From positions 1 through 35,044 of IMG/VR virus record IMGVR_UViG_3300043447_000514: 35,044 nt of DNA; one strand, given 5' to 3'. This DNA comes from a virus (taxonomy: Duplodnaviria; Caudoviricetes). The notes below the pieces were generated by a model. That model was not told where the DNA came from. It ran no database searches and saw nothing but the letters and a program-made list of their open reading frames with translations. Each line of letters opens with the position of its first letter. The first letter of the stretch is position 1. Below are positions 9,679 to 19,595 of this stretch, one piece after another. The position numbers were made by a program, and so were the translations under genes.

Positions 9679-9867
9679 ATGCAGCACCGCTACACCGGGA
9701 CCGAGGACCGCGAGCTGATCGACGCCCGCGGCCGGCGCATCGCCGTCGCGACCGGCGACATCGCCGACCTGCCCGACCACACCGCCCCGCAGCCCGAGCT
9801 GTGGGAGCCCGTCGCGCCCAAGACCGCCACCGCACCGACCAAGACCGCCAAGAAGGGTGACAACTAA
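9679..9867 (+). CDS. Small hypothetical virion-region protein
   Basis: GAGAGGGG RBS; TAATG coupling to tail tube gene. Confidence 0.7.
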   Translation: MQHRYTGTEDRELIDARGRRIAVATGDIADLPDHTAPQPELWEPVAPKTATAPTKTAKKGDN

Positions 9868-10862
9868 TGGCTATCGGCTCCGGCCTCGGCTCCAGCTTCG
9901 GGCTGTCCACCGAGACCGTCTACGGCACCTACGTGGCGCCCGCGACGTTCCTCTACCACGAGTCCGCGGACCTGCAGCCGACCGACGGCAGGGTCACCGC
10001 CCCCACCATCAAGGCCGGCGGCCTCGGCCCGCGGGCCGCGCACCACGTCCAGACCACCTACAACGCGTCGGCGGACCTCAAGACCGACCTGGTCGCCAAG
10101 GGCCTCGGCAAGCTGTTCCAGGCCATCATGGGCGGCACGTCGACCTCCACCTCCGGCGGCTCCTCCTCCTACACCCAGGTTCATACCCTGGCCGGGGACT
10201 TCAAGTCGCTGTCGCTGCAGACCGGGCGCCCACTGCGCTCCGGGGCGTCGGTCGTGCCGGCCACCGTCGTCGGCGCCGTCGTCACCTCCGCCGAGGTGTC
10301 CTGCGACGCCTCCGACGTGGCCAAGCTGTCCGTCGGCTTCGACGGCCGCAAGTGGGACAACACCACGGCCCTGGCCACCGTGTCGTACCCGACGCCCGCG
10401 CCGGCGGCCTACACCGGGCTGCAGTCCACCCTCAAGATCGGCGCCCACGGCTCCGAGGCCACCCTCGCCGGCGCCCGGTCCTGCACGTGGAAGCTCGCCC
10501 GCAAGCTCGACGACGCCGACTACACCCTCGACGGCACCGGCCTCAAGGCGCAGCCCGTCCTGTCGGACTGGTACGACCTGACCGGCACCGTGTCGCGGGA
10601 CTACCTGGACAAGACCGCCGTGGAGGACCTGTCCCTGACCACGACCCCCACCAGCCTCAACTGGTCGTTCACCGGCGCCCTCATCGGCACGTCGATCTAC
10701 TACAAGATCGCGTTCGACGTGCCGTCGGTCGTCTTCGAGCCGAAGGCCCAGAGCATCAACGGGCCGAAGGAGCTCACCTCGGACTGGTCGTGGAAGTGGT
10801 ACGACGACGACTCCGGCGTCATGCCGTCGGTCACCATCATCACCACCGACACCGCCATCTAG
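9867..10862 (+). CDS. Major tail (tube) protein
   Basis: MAIGSGLGSSFGLSTETVYGTYVAP N-terminus; Thr/Ser-rich beta protein; position before chaperones and TMP. Confidence 0.88.
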   Translation: MAIGSGLGSSFGLSTETVYGTYVAPATFLYHESADLQPTDGRVTAPTIKAGGLGPRAAHHVQTTYNASADLKTDLVAKGLGKLFQAIMGGTSTSTSGGSSSYTQVHTLAGDFKSLSLQTGRPLRSGASVVPATVVGAVVTSAEVSCDASDVAKLSVGFDGRKWDNTTALATVSYPTPAPAAYTGLQSTLKIGAHGSEATLAGARSCTWKLARKLDDADYTLDGTGLKAQPVLSDWYDLTGTVSRDYLDKTAVEDLSLTTTPTSLNWSFTGALIGTSIYYKIAFDVPSVVFEPKAQSINGPKELTSDWSWKWYDDDSGVMPSVTIITTDTAI

Positions 10863-10870
10863 GGCACGCC

Positions 10871-11239
10871 GTGGCCGAGCACCGCCCCGTGTGGGACTTC
10901 ATCATCACCTACCAGGGGGCCGACCACCGGCTGGACCTCAACGCGCTGACCAAGCGCGAGGAGATCGAGGTCGCGAAGAAGACCGGCCTCGACCGGGCCG
11001 GGTTCATCCCCGCCTTCGTGCAGGACGACCCCGAGGCCACCATCGCCGGGGTGTGGCTGGCGCTGCGCCGCTCCCTGGGCGACGACGCTCCCGGCTACAT
11101 GGACATCGACCTGCCCTCGTTCGGGGACTGGATCCGCTTCGCCGACGACGACGCCGTCGCCGCCTGGGCCGCCCAGCAGACCGCCGGGGCCGACGAGGCG
11201 GACCCTACGAGCGCCCCCGCGTCGACGGGCGGCGACTAG
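10871..11239 (+). CDS. Tail assembly chaperone (G)
   Basis: Between tail tube and TMP; ends ..EADPT.. Confidence 0.8.
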   Translation: MAEHRPVWDFIITYQGADHRLDLNALTKREEIEVAKKTGLDRAGFIPAFVQDDPEATIAGVWLALRRSLGDDAPGYMDIDLPSFGDWIRFADDDAVAAWAAQQTAGADEADPTSAPASTGGD

Positions 11240-11400
11240 AGGCCGAGACCCACGGCTGGGAGCCCTACTTCCGATGGGCCTACCGGCTGGACCTCGACGC
11301 CATGCTCGACCTGACCTGCGAGCGCTGGGAGTCGCACCGCGCCTGGTGCGAGGAACTCATGCGAGCGACCCTGACAGGAGGTGCCCCCGGTGGCGTCTAA
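11201..11400 (+). CDS. Tail assembly chaperone extension (GT) via predicted -1 frameshift
   Basis: -1 frame open (GPYERPR..WEPYFRWAYRLDLDAMLDLT..) with no good start; GGACCCT at 11200-11206 is the candidate slip site. Confidence 0.6.
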
Positions 11401-14400
11401 GACCTCCGACCTGATCTTCCGCTTCATCGGCAAGGACGACACCGGGCCGGCGTCGAAGTCCGCAGCCGCGAACCTCGACCACGTCGGGGCGAAGGCCTCC
11501 GGGCTGGGCAAGTCGCTGGCCGGGCTCGGCGCCGCCGCCGGCGTCGGTGTGCTGGCCTCCAAGGTGTTCGACTTCGCCCAGTCCTCGGTCCAGTCCTTCG
11601 AGACCGTCGGCGGCGAGTCGATCAAGCTGCAGCGCATCATGGGCGGCAACGTCGAGCAGATGTCCGCCCTGCGCGGCGCCGCGAAGATGACCGGCGTATC
11701 CGCGGACACCCTCGCCACGTCCATGCGCTCCTTCAGCGCCGACATCGAGGGCAACTCCAAGCATCTGCAGGCCATGGGCGTCGCCACCCGCGACGCCGCC
11801 GGCAACATCCGCCCCACCGGCGACGTGCTCAAGGACGTCGCCGCCGTGTTCAAGGACATGCCCAACGGCGCCGAGAAGTCCGCCCTCGCCGTACAGCTCT
11901 TCGGCCGCAACGGCCTGGACATGATCCCGATGCTCAACAAGGGCGCCGACGGGATCGCCGCCCTGGAGGCCAAGACCGCCCAGTACGGGCTCACCCTCAC
12001 CCAGGTCGACCAGGACAACCTCGCCAAGTTCCGCGCCTCCCAGCGCGACCTGTCCCTGGTCTCCGAAGGCGTGAGGACCAGCTTCGGCAAGTCCCTCTTC
12101 CCCGTCCTCACCGAGTTCAACGCCGGCCTCGTGCAGCTGCTGCCCCCGCTGCAGCAGGCCCTCACCCCGGCCCTGCAGTCCATGGGCGACGTGGCCGTGC
12201 TCGCCATCCGCAAGATGGTCGAGAACATGCCCGCCATCCAGCAGCAGGCCAAGGACCTCGCCACCGACATCCGCGACATCGCCGGCGCCGTCGAGCGCAA
12301 CTGGCCGGCGATCGTGACCACCGTCAACACCCTCGGCGACACCCTGCACCGGGTCGCAGGCTTCACCGGCGCCGTGTGGGACGCCTTCCGATCCCTGCCC
12401 CCCGAGGTGCAGTCCATCATCGCGATGCTCGCCCTGGCGCACAAGACCGGCGCCATCAACGTGGCGTTCTCCGCCGCGGGGCTGGTCAAGGACATGGTGC
12501 AGAAGGTCGCCGGCATGTCCATCGCCGCGACCGTCGTCAACGTCAACGGCGCATCGGTCAACGGCGGCGGCGGCGTTCCTTGGGCGGCGGGTGCGGGCGC
12601 CTCGCTCGGGATGCTGGGCACGGCCACCATCGTCGCGGCGGGCATCGGCGCCGTCGTCGGGCCGGCGAACGTCGGGACCCGCAAGAACTACGATGCCGCC
12701 GGCCTGGACAACACCCGCGGCGCGGGCGCCGCGCAGTGGGGCGACACCCCCGCGGCCGCGCAGCGCGCGCTCGGCGACCAGAGGGCCAAACAGCAGCTCG
12801 ACGCGCTGCGCGAGTCCGTGGCGAAGAACGACGCATCCATGGCGTCGCTGTCCGCCCAGGAATCCACGCTCGCCCAGCGCACCCGCGATCTCGCATCGGC
12901 CGCGGCCACCACCACGCCGCGACAGACTGCCTTGAAGGCGGCCGTCGAGCAGGTCGCGACCGGCTCCGGCGTGGCCGGCTGGCAGGTGTCGCAGCTGTCG
13001 CAGCGCATAGGCGCCATCCCGCCGGGAGCCACGGCCGACCAGGTCGCCGCCGCCATCGCCGACGCCGGCGCCAAGGCCGGGCTGTCCGCCGAGCAGATCG
13101 ACCTGCTCACCCGGTCGGTCAACGCCGTCCCCGCCTCCGCGCAGGTCCCCGCCCTGACGGCCGCCATCGCCGCCACCGGCATCGCAGCCGGGCTCACCGA
13201 CGACCAGGTGGCGGCCATGTCCACGGCCGTCGCACTCATCCCGCCCGGGGCTGGCGCCGACCAGCTCCGCGCGGCCATCGCCACCGCCGGTGCGGCCGCC
13301 GGGCTGTCCCAGGAGCAGATCGACGCGCTCACCGCCTCGGCGCTGGCCGTCCCCGGATCGGCGCAGGTTCCCGCGCTGGCCGCCGCCATCTCGTCGGCCG
13401 GCGCCGCCGCGGGGCTGTCCGAGCAGCAGATCGGCCTCATGACCGTGGCCGCGTCCACCATCCCCCCGGGCGCGACCGCCGACCAGCTGCGCGGCGCGAT
13501 CCAGTCCGCGGGGCAGGCCGCCGGGCTGTCCCAGGAGCAGATCGACGTGCTGACCATGTCGGCGTGGAACGTGCCGGGCTCGGCGAACATCCCCTCGCTG
13601 CAGGCCAACCTCGTCGGCGCGTCGCTGACCGCGGGGCTGACGACCGGGCAGATGGACACCCTCGCCGCGGCCGTCGCCGGGATCCCCGCCGGCGCCTCCG
13701 TGCAGGAGGCCGGCATGCGCATCTACGAGGCCGGCATCAGGGCCGGTGTCTCGTCCGGCGACATGGACATCCTCACCGGCAAGATCCTGAACATCCCCGG
13801 CTGGCACCACACGTCGATCACCTCCACCGCGGGGCAGGCGCAGCTCGACGCGATCAGCCTGCAGGGCACCATCAACGCGCTGACCGGCACGACCGTGAAC
13901 GTCAAGCTCAACATCGGCGCGACCGGCGTGTCGGGCTCGGCGTCGCTGTCCGGAGGCGGGGTCGTGGGCGCCGGCTCGGCGGCCATCGGCTCCTTCGTCG
14001 GCGGGCAGGTGCAGGCCGCCGCCGACGCCGAGGGCCAGTCCTACCTGGAGTCGCTGAAATCGAACGTCACCGCCCTGGCGCAGGTCACCGGCACCATCGG
14101 CGGCTCGGCCGAGGCGCTGGCCGCGGCGATGGAGGGCTCGATGGGGGCCACCACCCTCAACGGGCACGTCACGTCCAACATGTGCCTGGCCAACGTGTCC
14201 GACCTGGCCTCGATGGTCGGCTACCCTGTCACCCGCCACCCGTACGCCTACCACCAGGCGCAGGCCGTCATGGCCGCCGGGCGCATGAATGCCGGGCTGC
14301 CCCCGCGCGGCGGGCTGGCCTGGTGGTCCTCGCTGGGCGACGGCTACGGCCACGTCGCCGTGGGCCTCGGCGGCGGGTACGTCGGCAACACCTGGGGCAG

Positions 14401-14917
14401 CCCGTGGATCACCCGGGACTACGTGCCCAACATGTCGCCCAGCGCCTACCTGGGCTGGTCGGACCCCTCGGCGCTGGCGCTGGCCACCGGCGGCTACGTC
14501 GCCGCCCGGGTGTCCGCAGGCGAGGCCTACATCCCGCCGGCGAAGGTCAAGGGCAACCTGGCGCTGCTCCACGCCGTCAACTCCGGGGCGATCAAGGGCG
14601 GCGCCCGCCGGTTCCACGAGGGCCTGTCGGTGTTCTCCGGGCCGGGCACCGGCACGTCGGACTCCATCGGGGCGCTGCTGCCCCGCGGGGCGTACGTCGT
14701 CAACGCGAAGGCGTCGCGGGAATCGGCCGGCATCCTGTCGTCGATCCTGCGCGGCTCGGGCGGCTACGCGGGCGGCGGGCACGTCGGCGGCGCCGCGACG
14801 ACGGTCGCCGTGGCCGGGGCGACGGCCGTTGAGGTCCACATCGACGGGCGCGCCCTGCACGAGTCCCTGCTGCGCTGGCGGCGCACCTCCGGCGGCGCCC
14901 CGCTGGGCCTGGGCTGA
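11390..14917 (+). CDS. Tape measure protein with 37-aa repeats and a C-terminal CHAP/NlpC-like segment
   Basis: AGGAGG before GTG 11390; long Ala/Gly helical protein; GPGTGTSDSI..GAYVVNA motif; MCLANV..GYGHVAV. Confidence 0.93.
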   Translation: MASKTSDLIFRFIGKDDTGPASKSAAANLDHVGAKASGLGKSLAGLGAAAGVGVLASKVFDFAQSSVQSFETVGGESIKLQRIMGGNVEQMSALRGAAKMTGVSADTLATSMRSFSADIEGNSKHLQAMGVATRDAAGNIRPTGDVLKDVAAVFKDMPNGAEKSALAVQLFGRNGLDMIPMLNKGADGIAALEAKTAQYGLTLTQVDQDNLAKFRASQRDLSLVSEGVRTSFGKSLFPVLTEFNAGLVQLLPPLQQALTPALQSMGDVAVLAIRKMVENMPAIQQQAKDLATDIRDIAGAVERNWPAIVTTVNTLGDTLHRVAGFTGAVWDAFRSLPPEVQSIIAMLALAHKTGAINVAFSAAGLVKDMVQKVAGMSIAATVVNVNGASVNGGGGVPWAAGAGASLGMLGTATIVAAGIGAVVGPANVGTRKNYDAAGLDNTRGAGAAQWGDTPAAAQRALGDQRAKQQLDALRESVAKNDASMASLSAQESTLAQRTRDLASAAATTTPRQTALKAAVEQVATGSGVAGWQVSQLSQRIGAIPPGATADQVAAAIADAGAKAGLSAEQIDLLTRSVNAVPASAQVPALTAAIAATGIAAGLTDDQVAAMSTAVALIPPGAGADQLRAAIATAGAAAGLSQEQIDALTASALAVPGSAQVPALAAAISSAGAAAGLSEQQIGLMTVAASTIPPGATADQLRGAIQSAGQAAGLSQEQIDVLTMSAWNVPGSANIPSLQANLVGASLTAGLTTGQMDTLAAAVAGIPAGASVQEAGMRIYEAGIRAGVSSGDMDILTGKILNIPGWHHTSITSTAGQAQLDAISLQGTINALTGTTVNVKLNIGATGVSGSASLSGGGVVGAGSAAIGSFVGGQVQAAADAEGQSYLESLKSNVTALAQVTGTIGGSAEALAAAMEGSMGATTLNGHVTSNMCLANVSDLASMVGYPVTRHPYAYHQAQAVMAAGRMNAGLPPRGGLAWWSSLGDGYGHVAVGLGGGYVGNTWGSPWITRDYVPNMSPSAYLGWSDPSALALATGGYVAARVSAGEAYIPPAKVKGNLALLHAVNSGAIKGGARRFHEGLSVFSGPGTGTSDSIGALLPRGAYVVNAKASRESAGILSSILRGSGGYAGGGHVGGAATTVAVAGATAVEVHIDGRALHESLLRWRRTSGGAPLGLG
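12968..13800 (+). repeat. 111-bp (37-aa) tandem repeats in TMP, alternating two-unit pattern
   Basis: GLSxEQIDxLT units at 13079, 13301, 13523; alternate units at 13190, 13412, 13634. Confidence 0.85.
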
Positions 14918-17043
14918 TGGGCTGGCCCGGCCTGCGCGTCCTGCTGGCGCCCACGGCGACCCTGTTCGACGTGCTCGACGGCGCGGACCTGGACTGGATC
15001 GACGTGTCGCGCTGGGTGCGCATGGACGACGGCTGGGCGTTCCGGCGCGGCCGCACCGGCGGCGCCTCGGGCTCCCTCGCCGCGGGCACCCTGACCGTGA
15101 CCATGGACAACCGCACCGGGGACTGGACCCGCGGCGGCGACGGGTTCCGCCGGGTCGTGATCGACGCCGTCGGCTCCGAGGCCGCCGCCGACGCCATGTT
15201 CCCGCTGCTGTCCGACGGCGACCCCCCGCTGAAGGGCGTCCCGCTGCGCGTGTGCGCGGTGCTCGACTTCCGCAGCTACGGGCACACCGCCGCCCTGTAC
15301 CCCCGCTACGCGGACTGGGCGGCGGCCGAGGCGCACTACTCCGACGCGGCCGCCGGCTACCCCGCCGAGACGCCCATCTGGACCGGCGCCGTGTCGGCCG
15401 TGGGCACCGAGTGGGCCGACGGGATGCGGCCGGTCGCGAAGATCCAGGCCGCCGACGCGGTGTCGTGGTGCCAGCGGCAGACGCTGCTGGCCCTGCCCGC
15501 GCAGTCCGCGCTCGGCGCCGGCGCGCGCTGGCTGTTCACCCTCGACGGCGACGGCGGCGCCGCGCCCGGCCTCGCCGGCGCCCCGGACGCGCCGGCGTGG
15601 CCGGACTCCTCCGGCCGCCGCGACGACAACCAGCCGATGGCGCCGCTCGTGCTGCAGCGCTGCGGCGTCCCCGTCGACGACAACACCCTCACCGCCGGCG
15701 CGATCCCCGGGCCGGGCGCCGACGGCACCGCCCCGGCGTGGTCCGGCGGCGGCACCGTCGACGGCTGGGCGCTGGACACCCTGGCCCACACCGCCGGCGC
15801 GCTGCCCTCCCTCGGCCCCGGCGGAGGCGGCACCGCGACCGGAGGCACCACCCTGCACGCCATGGCGTACCCGGCGGAGACCGGGCTGGGCCGAGCGCGG
15901 ACCATCGTGTCCGCCGAGGGCGCCTGGCTGCACCGGGCCACCCTGGGCCTGGCCGCCGACGGCGCCCCGCGCCTCATCGTCCACGACCGGATCTACGGCG
16001 ACACCGCCGTCACCGCCCCCGCCCCGGTCACGTCCGCGGAGTGGCACCACGTCGCCGGGGTCCTCGTCGAGAACCTCACCACCTACGAGACCGACCTGCA
16101 GCTGTGGGTCGACGGCGCCCTGGTCGCCGGCGGCAGCCACCCCGGGTCGCTCTACACGATCGGCTCGCGGCGCGTCGTGGTCGGCGCGGACGTCAACATG
16201 CGCAACACCTGGGACGGCGCCCTGTGCGACGTCGCCGGGCACGGCGAGGCGCTGTCCCCGACGCTGCTCATGCGCCTGGCCGCCGGGCGCCACGGCTTCA
16301 CCGGCGACGACGCCGGGCGGCGCACCGCGCGGCTCCTGTGGTCGATAGGGATGCCCCAGGCCGAGCGGGCCGTCGGGGTGTCCACCATGATGCCCCAGCC
16401 CACCGCCGGCAAGACCCTCGCCGAGGCGTTCGACGCGTGCGCCGCCGCCGAGCAGTCGATGTGGCTGCCCGACGGCGAGGGCCATCCCCGGCTGCTGCCC
16501 CGGTCCTGGGCGTGGGAGGCCAACGCCGCGGCGACGATCCCCGCATCCTCGCTGGACGGCGGGCTGCGCTGGGACCTCGACGACGAGGGCCGGGTCACCG
16601 TGGCCACCGTCACCCGCCCCGGCCTGGCCGACGTGACCGTGCGAGCCGACGCCTGGCGCCAGCTGGGCTGCTACGAGCGCACCGAGGCGGTGCTCGTGGA
16701 CTCCCTGCCGCAGGCCGAGGCCGTGGCGCTGTCCTGGATCGACGGGCACGCCCTGCCCGCGCAGCGCTCCACCGAGATGGCCGTCGACCTCGTGGCGTGC
16801 CGGGCCGCGGTCGACGTCGACGCCCTGTGCACCGCCGGGCCGGGCGCGGTCCTGGCCGTGTCCGGGCTGCCCGACGCATCCCCGGCCGGGCTGACCCGCG
16901 TCGTCGTCGACGGCGTCGCCGACCACGTGTCCACCGCGGGCTGGCTGCGCACCTTCACCGTGCGCCCCGCCCCGCGGCAGAACCTCTCCACGTTCCGCCT
17001 GGCCGTCTCCCTGCTCGGCGGCACCGACACGATCGCACTCTGA
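14917..17043 (+). CDS. Minor tail protein with LamG/concanavalin-like domain
   Basis: WIDVSRWVR..RGR, GTLTVTMDNRTG; EWHHVAGV..LWVDGALV LamG signature. Confidence 0.85.
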   Translation: MGWPGLRVLLAPTATLFDVLDGADLDWIDVSRWVRMDDGWAFRRGRTGGASGSLAAGTLTVTMDNRTGDWTRGGDGFRRVVIDAVGSEAAADAMFPLLSDGDPPLKGVPLRVCAVLDFRSYGHTAALYPRYADWAAAEAHYSDAAAGYPAETPIWTGAVSAVGTEWADGMRPVAKIQAADAVSWCQRQTLLALPAQSALGAGARWLFTLDGDGGAAPGLAGAPDAPAWPDSSGRRDDNQPMAPLVLQRCGVPVDDNTLTAGAIPGPGADGTAPAWSGGGTVDGWALDTLAHTAGALPSLGPGGGGTATGGTTLHAMAYPAETGLGRARTIVSAEGAWLHRATLGLAADGAPRLIVHDRIYGDTAVTAPAPVTSAEWHHVAGVLVENLTTYETDLQLWVDGALVAGGSHPGSLYTIGSRRVVVGADVNMRNTWDGALCDVAGHGEALSPTLLMRLAAGRHGFTGDDAGRRTARLLWSIGMPQAERAVGVSTMMPQPTAGKTLAEAFDACAAAEQSMWLPDGEGHPRLLPRSWAWEANAAATIPASSLDGGLRWDLDDEGRVTVATVTRPGLADVTVRADAWRQLGCYERTEAVLVDSLPQAEAVALSWIDGHALPAQRSTEMAVDLVACRAAVDVDALCTAGPGAVLAVSGLPDASPAGLTRVVVDGVADHVSTAGWLRTFTVRPAPRQNLSTFRLAVSLLGGTDTIAL

Positions 17044-17051
17044 GGAGACCC

Positions 17052-17579
17052 ATGGCCTGGACCGCGCCCGCGACGTACGTCGCCGGGCAGACCCTCACCG
17101 CCGCGCAGCTCAACACGCAGCTGCGCGACAACCTGCTGTTCGTCGCAACCGCCAAGGCCGTGTCGCTGGAGCGCACCTCGGTGCTCAGCGTCGGGCACAA
17201 CTCGTGGACGAGCGTCGCCTGGCAGGTCGCCGAGTTCGAGACCGTGGAGGCCTGGTCGGCGTCGACCAACCCCGACCGGATCACCCCGCAGCTGGCCGGC
17301 TACTGGCTGGTGACGTTCAAGACGTGGTTCGCCGGCGCCGCGGGCGGGCTGCGCGCCGGGCGCGTCGTGCTCAACGGGACGACGACGCTGCACTCGGACA
17401 AGCGGGAGGCGTCCTCGGCGCCGCACACCCTGCCCAGCTACACCCACGGGCTGGTGCACCTCAACGGGACGACCGACTACCTGACCTGCCAGGCCTACCA
17501 GGACACGGGCTCGGCGCTGGACCTCACCATCACCCCCGGCGAGGCGACGTCGGTGTCGCTGGCCTGGCTCGGATTCTAG
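17052..17579 (+). CDS. Minor tail protein (C1q-like beta domain)
   Basis: GAGGAG RBS; MAWTAPATYVAGQTLTAAQLN; RITPQLAGYWLV..LNGTTDYL..AYQDTG. Confidence 0.82.
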   Translation: MAWTAPATYVAGQTLTAAQLNTQLRDNLLFVATAKAVSLERTSVLSVGHNSWTSVAWQVAEFETVEAWSASTNPDRITPQLAGYWLVTFKTWFAGAAGGLRAGRVVLNGTTTLHSDKREASSAPHTLPSYTHGLVHLNGTTDYLTCQAYQDTGSALDLTITPGEATSVSLAWLGF

Positions 17580-17590
17580 GGAGGGCGCAC

Positions 17591-17662
17591 ATGGCCACCA
17601 TCGCAGCAGCCGCGCGCGGCTGGATCACCGACGACCAGGCTCAGGAGGTACTGGGACTATGA
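17591..17662 (+). CDS. 23-aa micro-ORF, XkdX-like
   Basis: GGGAGG RBS; MATIAAAARGWITDDQAQEVLGL; ATGA-coupled to next gene. Confidence 0.45.
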   Translation: MATIAAAARGWITDDQAQEVLGL

Positions 17663-18801
17663 CCACCATCGCGGGCACGACGTCGCGCGGCTACCGCTAC
17701 CCCGGCGACGACAGCGCCACCGACCCGCCCGGGGACCTCAAGAGGCTCGCGCAGGACGTCGACGCCGACGTCGGGACGCTCGACGCCAACGGCGTCCGCA
17801 CGACCCGCCAGGTCGTCGCCGGCGCCGGCCTGTCCGGCGGCGGCACGCTGGCCGCGGACCGCACCCTGGCCGTGGCCGACGGCGGCGTCGCCACCGCCAT
17901 GCTCGCCGACGGCGCCGTCACGTCCGCGAAGATCGCCGCCGGCGCGGTGTCCCCGGACAAGTCCGCCGGCGCGTGGAGCTCGAAGACCGCCAGCTACACG
18001 ATCACCGCCGCCGACGCCGTCATCTCCGCGGACACCACCGGAGGGGCCGTCACGATCACCCTGCCCGCCGCCTCCGCGTCGCCCGGAAAGATGGTGCGCA
18101 TCGTCAAGGCGGCCGCCGCGTCGGGGCTGCTCACCATCGGGCGCACCGGATCCGACACCATCAGCGGCAAGACCTCCGTGCAGTTCCCCGCCGCGGCCCG
18201 CGGCGAGGTCCACGTCGTGTCCGACGGCGCCAGCTGGCAGATCATCTCCGGGCAGGCATCCGACGAGAACGTCGGACGGCGCATCTGGAAGTGGTCGCAG
18301 GCCCTGGCAGCGTCGGGTGCGGGTGCCTCCGTGGGATGGCAGATGGTCCACGGCGACACCGGCTGGCGGGAGATTCTGACGTTCGACGCGGCGGGCGCCG
18401 TCACGCGCGGCGCGTTCCACGCCAACAACCATTGGGGGCCGCTGGCGGGTTCCTCGGGCTATATCCGCGTCCGCCGCTCCGGCGGGATGCTGCGATTCTC
18501 CGTCCGCTACATAGCGGCGACGCTGTCGGCGAACTACGCCGCGACCGCTGTCACCGCCCTGCCGTCCGGCTTCGAGTTCGGGTCTTCCGACGACGGCTGC
18601 CCCGTCGTCGCCACACCGGCGGGCGGTGCCGCCGCGAGGAAGGGGGCGCTCGTATCGGGTGCCTTCGCGCCGAGCGTCCTCGCCATCACGCAGCCGGGCG
18701 CGGCGGGCGACTACCTCGGGCCGCAGAGTTTCGGAGTCCCGTGCGACACCGCGTGGCCCACATCCCTGCCCGGCATAGCCGTCGGCACCATCCCCGCCTA
18801 G
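17659..18801 (+). CDS. Tail fiber / receptor-binding protein
   Basis: GAVTSAKIAAGAV repeats, ADTTGGAVTITLPAA domain, VGRRIWKW..GDTGWR motif. Confidence 0.8.
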   Translation: MTTIAGTTSRGYRYPGDDSATDPPGDLKRLAQDVDADVGTLDANGVRTTRQVVAGAGLSGGGTLAADRTLAVADGGVATAMLADGAVTSAKIAAGAVSPDKSAGAWSSKTASYTITAADAVISADTTGGAVTITLPAASASPGKMVRIVKAAAASGLLTIGRTGSDTISGKTSVQFPAAARGEVHVVSDGASWQIISGQASDENVGRRIWKWSQALAASGAGASVGWQMVHGDTGWREILTFDAAGAVTRGAFHANNHWGPLAGSSGYIRVRRSGGMLRFSVRYIAATLSANYAATAVTALPSGFEFGSSDDGCPVVATPAGGAAARKGALVSGAFAPSVLAITQPGAAGDYLGPQSFGVPCDTAWPTSLPGIAVGTIPA

Positions 18802-18810
18802 GAGGCCCCC

Positions 18811-19071
18811 ATGCCCGAAGGTTTCATCCTCGACGCCGACCCGCTGATCCCCACCGGGGTGCCCGCCGACCCCGTCCAGGTCGGCGCCCTCGTCCTCGAC
18901 GACGTGCTGCCCCCGGAGAAGATCGAGCAGCTCGAACCCTCCCAGCAGCCCACCCCCGAGCAGCTCGGCGAGGCGTGCGTCGCCTCCGAGATGCCGACCG
19001 GCGAGGCGCAGGCCAAGATGGAGGACGCCGGGCTGACCGTCGCCCTGCCAGACGAGGCGCCGGCGCCCTGA
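18811..19071 (+). CDS. Acidic Pro-rich hypothetical protein
   Basis: AGGAGG RBS; 86 aa. Confidence 0.7.
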   Translation: MPEGFILDADPLIPTGVPADPVQVGALVLDDVLPPEKIEQLEPSQQPTPEQLGEACVASEMPTGEAQAKMEDAGLTVALPDEAPAP

Positions 19072-19072
19072 C

Positions 19073-19450
19073 ATGACCTCCACCGAGCTGCCCTGGACCG
19101 TCGCCGCGCGCAAGGTCCGCCCCTACGCCCTCGCCGTGTCGGCCGCTTCCACGGTCGTGGCGTGGGCCATCGTGGTGCACCACGACGACGCCGGCCGCTC
19201 GCTCGAGACCGGCCCCGGCGTGCTCGTGGGCTGGGCGGCGCTGGCCGCGGCGCTGCTGCTGTGGGGCGGCTGGTGGGGGCGCTCGGACCGCTGGATGCGC
19301 GCCGGGCTGCTCGCATCCGCCGGGGCGTTCGCCGCCCGCGCCGCCTGGATCCTGCTGGGCGAGCCCACCTCGGTCGCGGGCTGGCTGTCCGTCGCCTGGT
19401 GCATCGCATCGTCGGGCGCGTGGCTGCTGGAGCGCGGCGCGCGTGACTGA
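19073..19450 (+). CDS. Multi-TM membrane protein (holin-like)
   Basis: About 4 hydrophobic helices; within lysis cassette. Confidence 0.65.
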   Translation: MTSTELPWTVAARKVRPYALAVSAASTVVAWAIVVHHDDAGRSLETGPGVLVGWAALAAALLLWGGWWGRSDRWMRAGLLASAGAFAARAAWILLGEPTSVAGWLSVAWCIASSGAWLLERGARD

Positions 19451-19595
19451 CCAGACGTGGGCGGTGCTCATCGGCGCCGCCGTCGTCGTCGGGCTGCGGC
19501 TGCTGGACGCCCTGCTGCCCAAGGGCTACCACCTGAAACTCATCGAGCGCTTCATGGCGAAGACGGAGGACGAGGACGATGACGAGACGACCTGA
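19443..19595 (+). CDS. 50-aa single-TM lysis-region protein (not in ORF track)
   Basis: VTDQTWAVLIGAAVVVGLRLLDALLPKG..KTEDEDDDETT; overlaps both neighbours. Confidence 0.65.
   Translation: MTDQTWAVLIGAAVVVGLRLLDALLPKGYHLKLIERFMAKTEDEDDDETT

Noticed and set aside
2199-16926. Very long minus-strand ORFs (e.g. 2199-5237, 11357-14860, 14764-16926)
   Set aside because: Antisense shadows of high-GC3 structural genes; no motifs or RBS
17659-18801. Diversity-generating retroelement target
   Set aside because: No reverse transcriptase and no template/variable repeat pair seen
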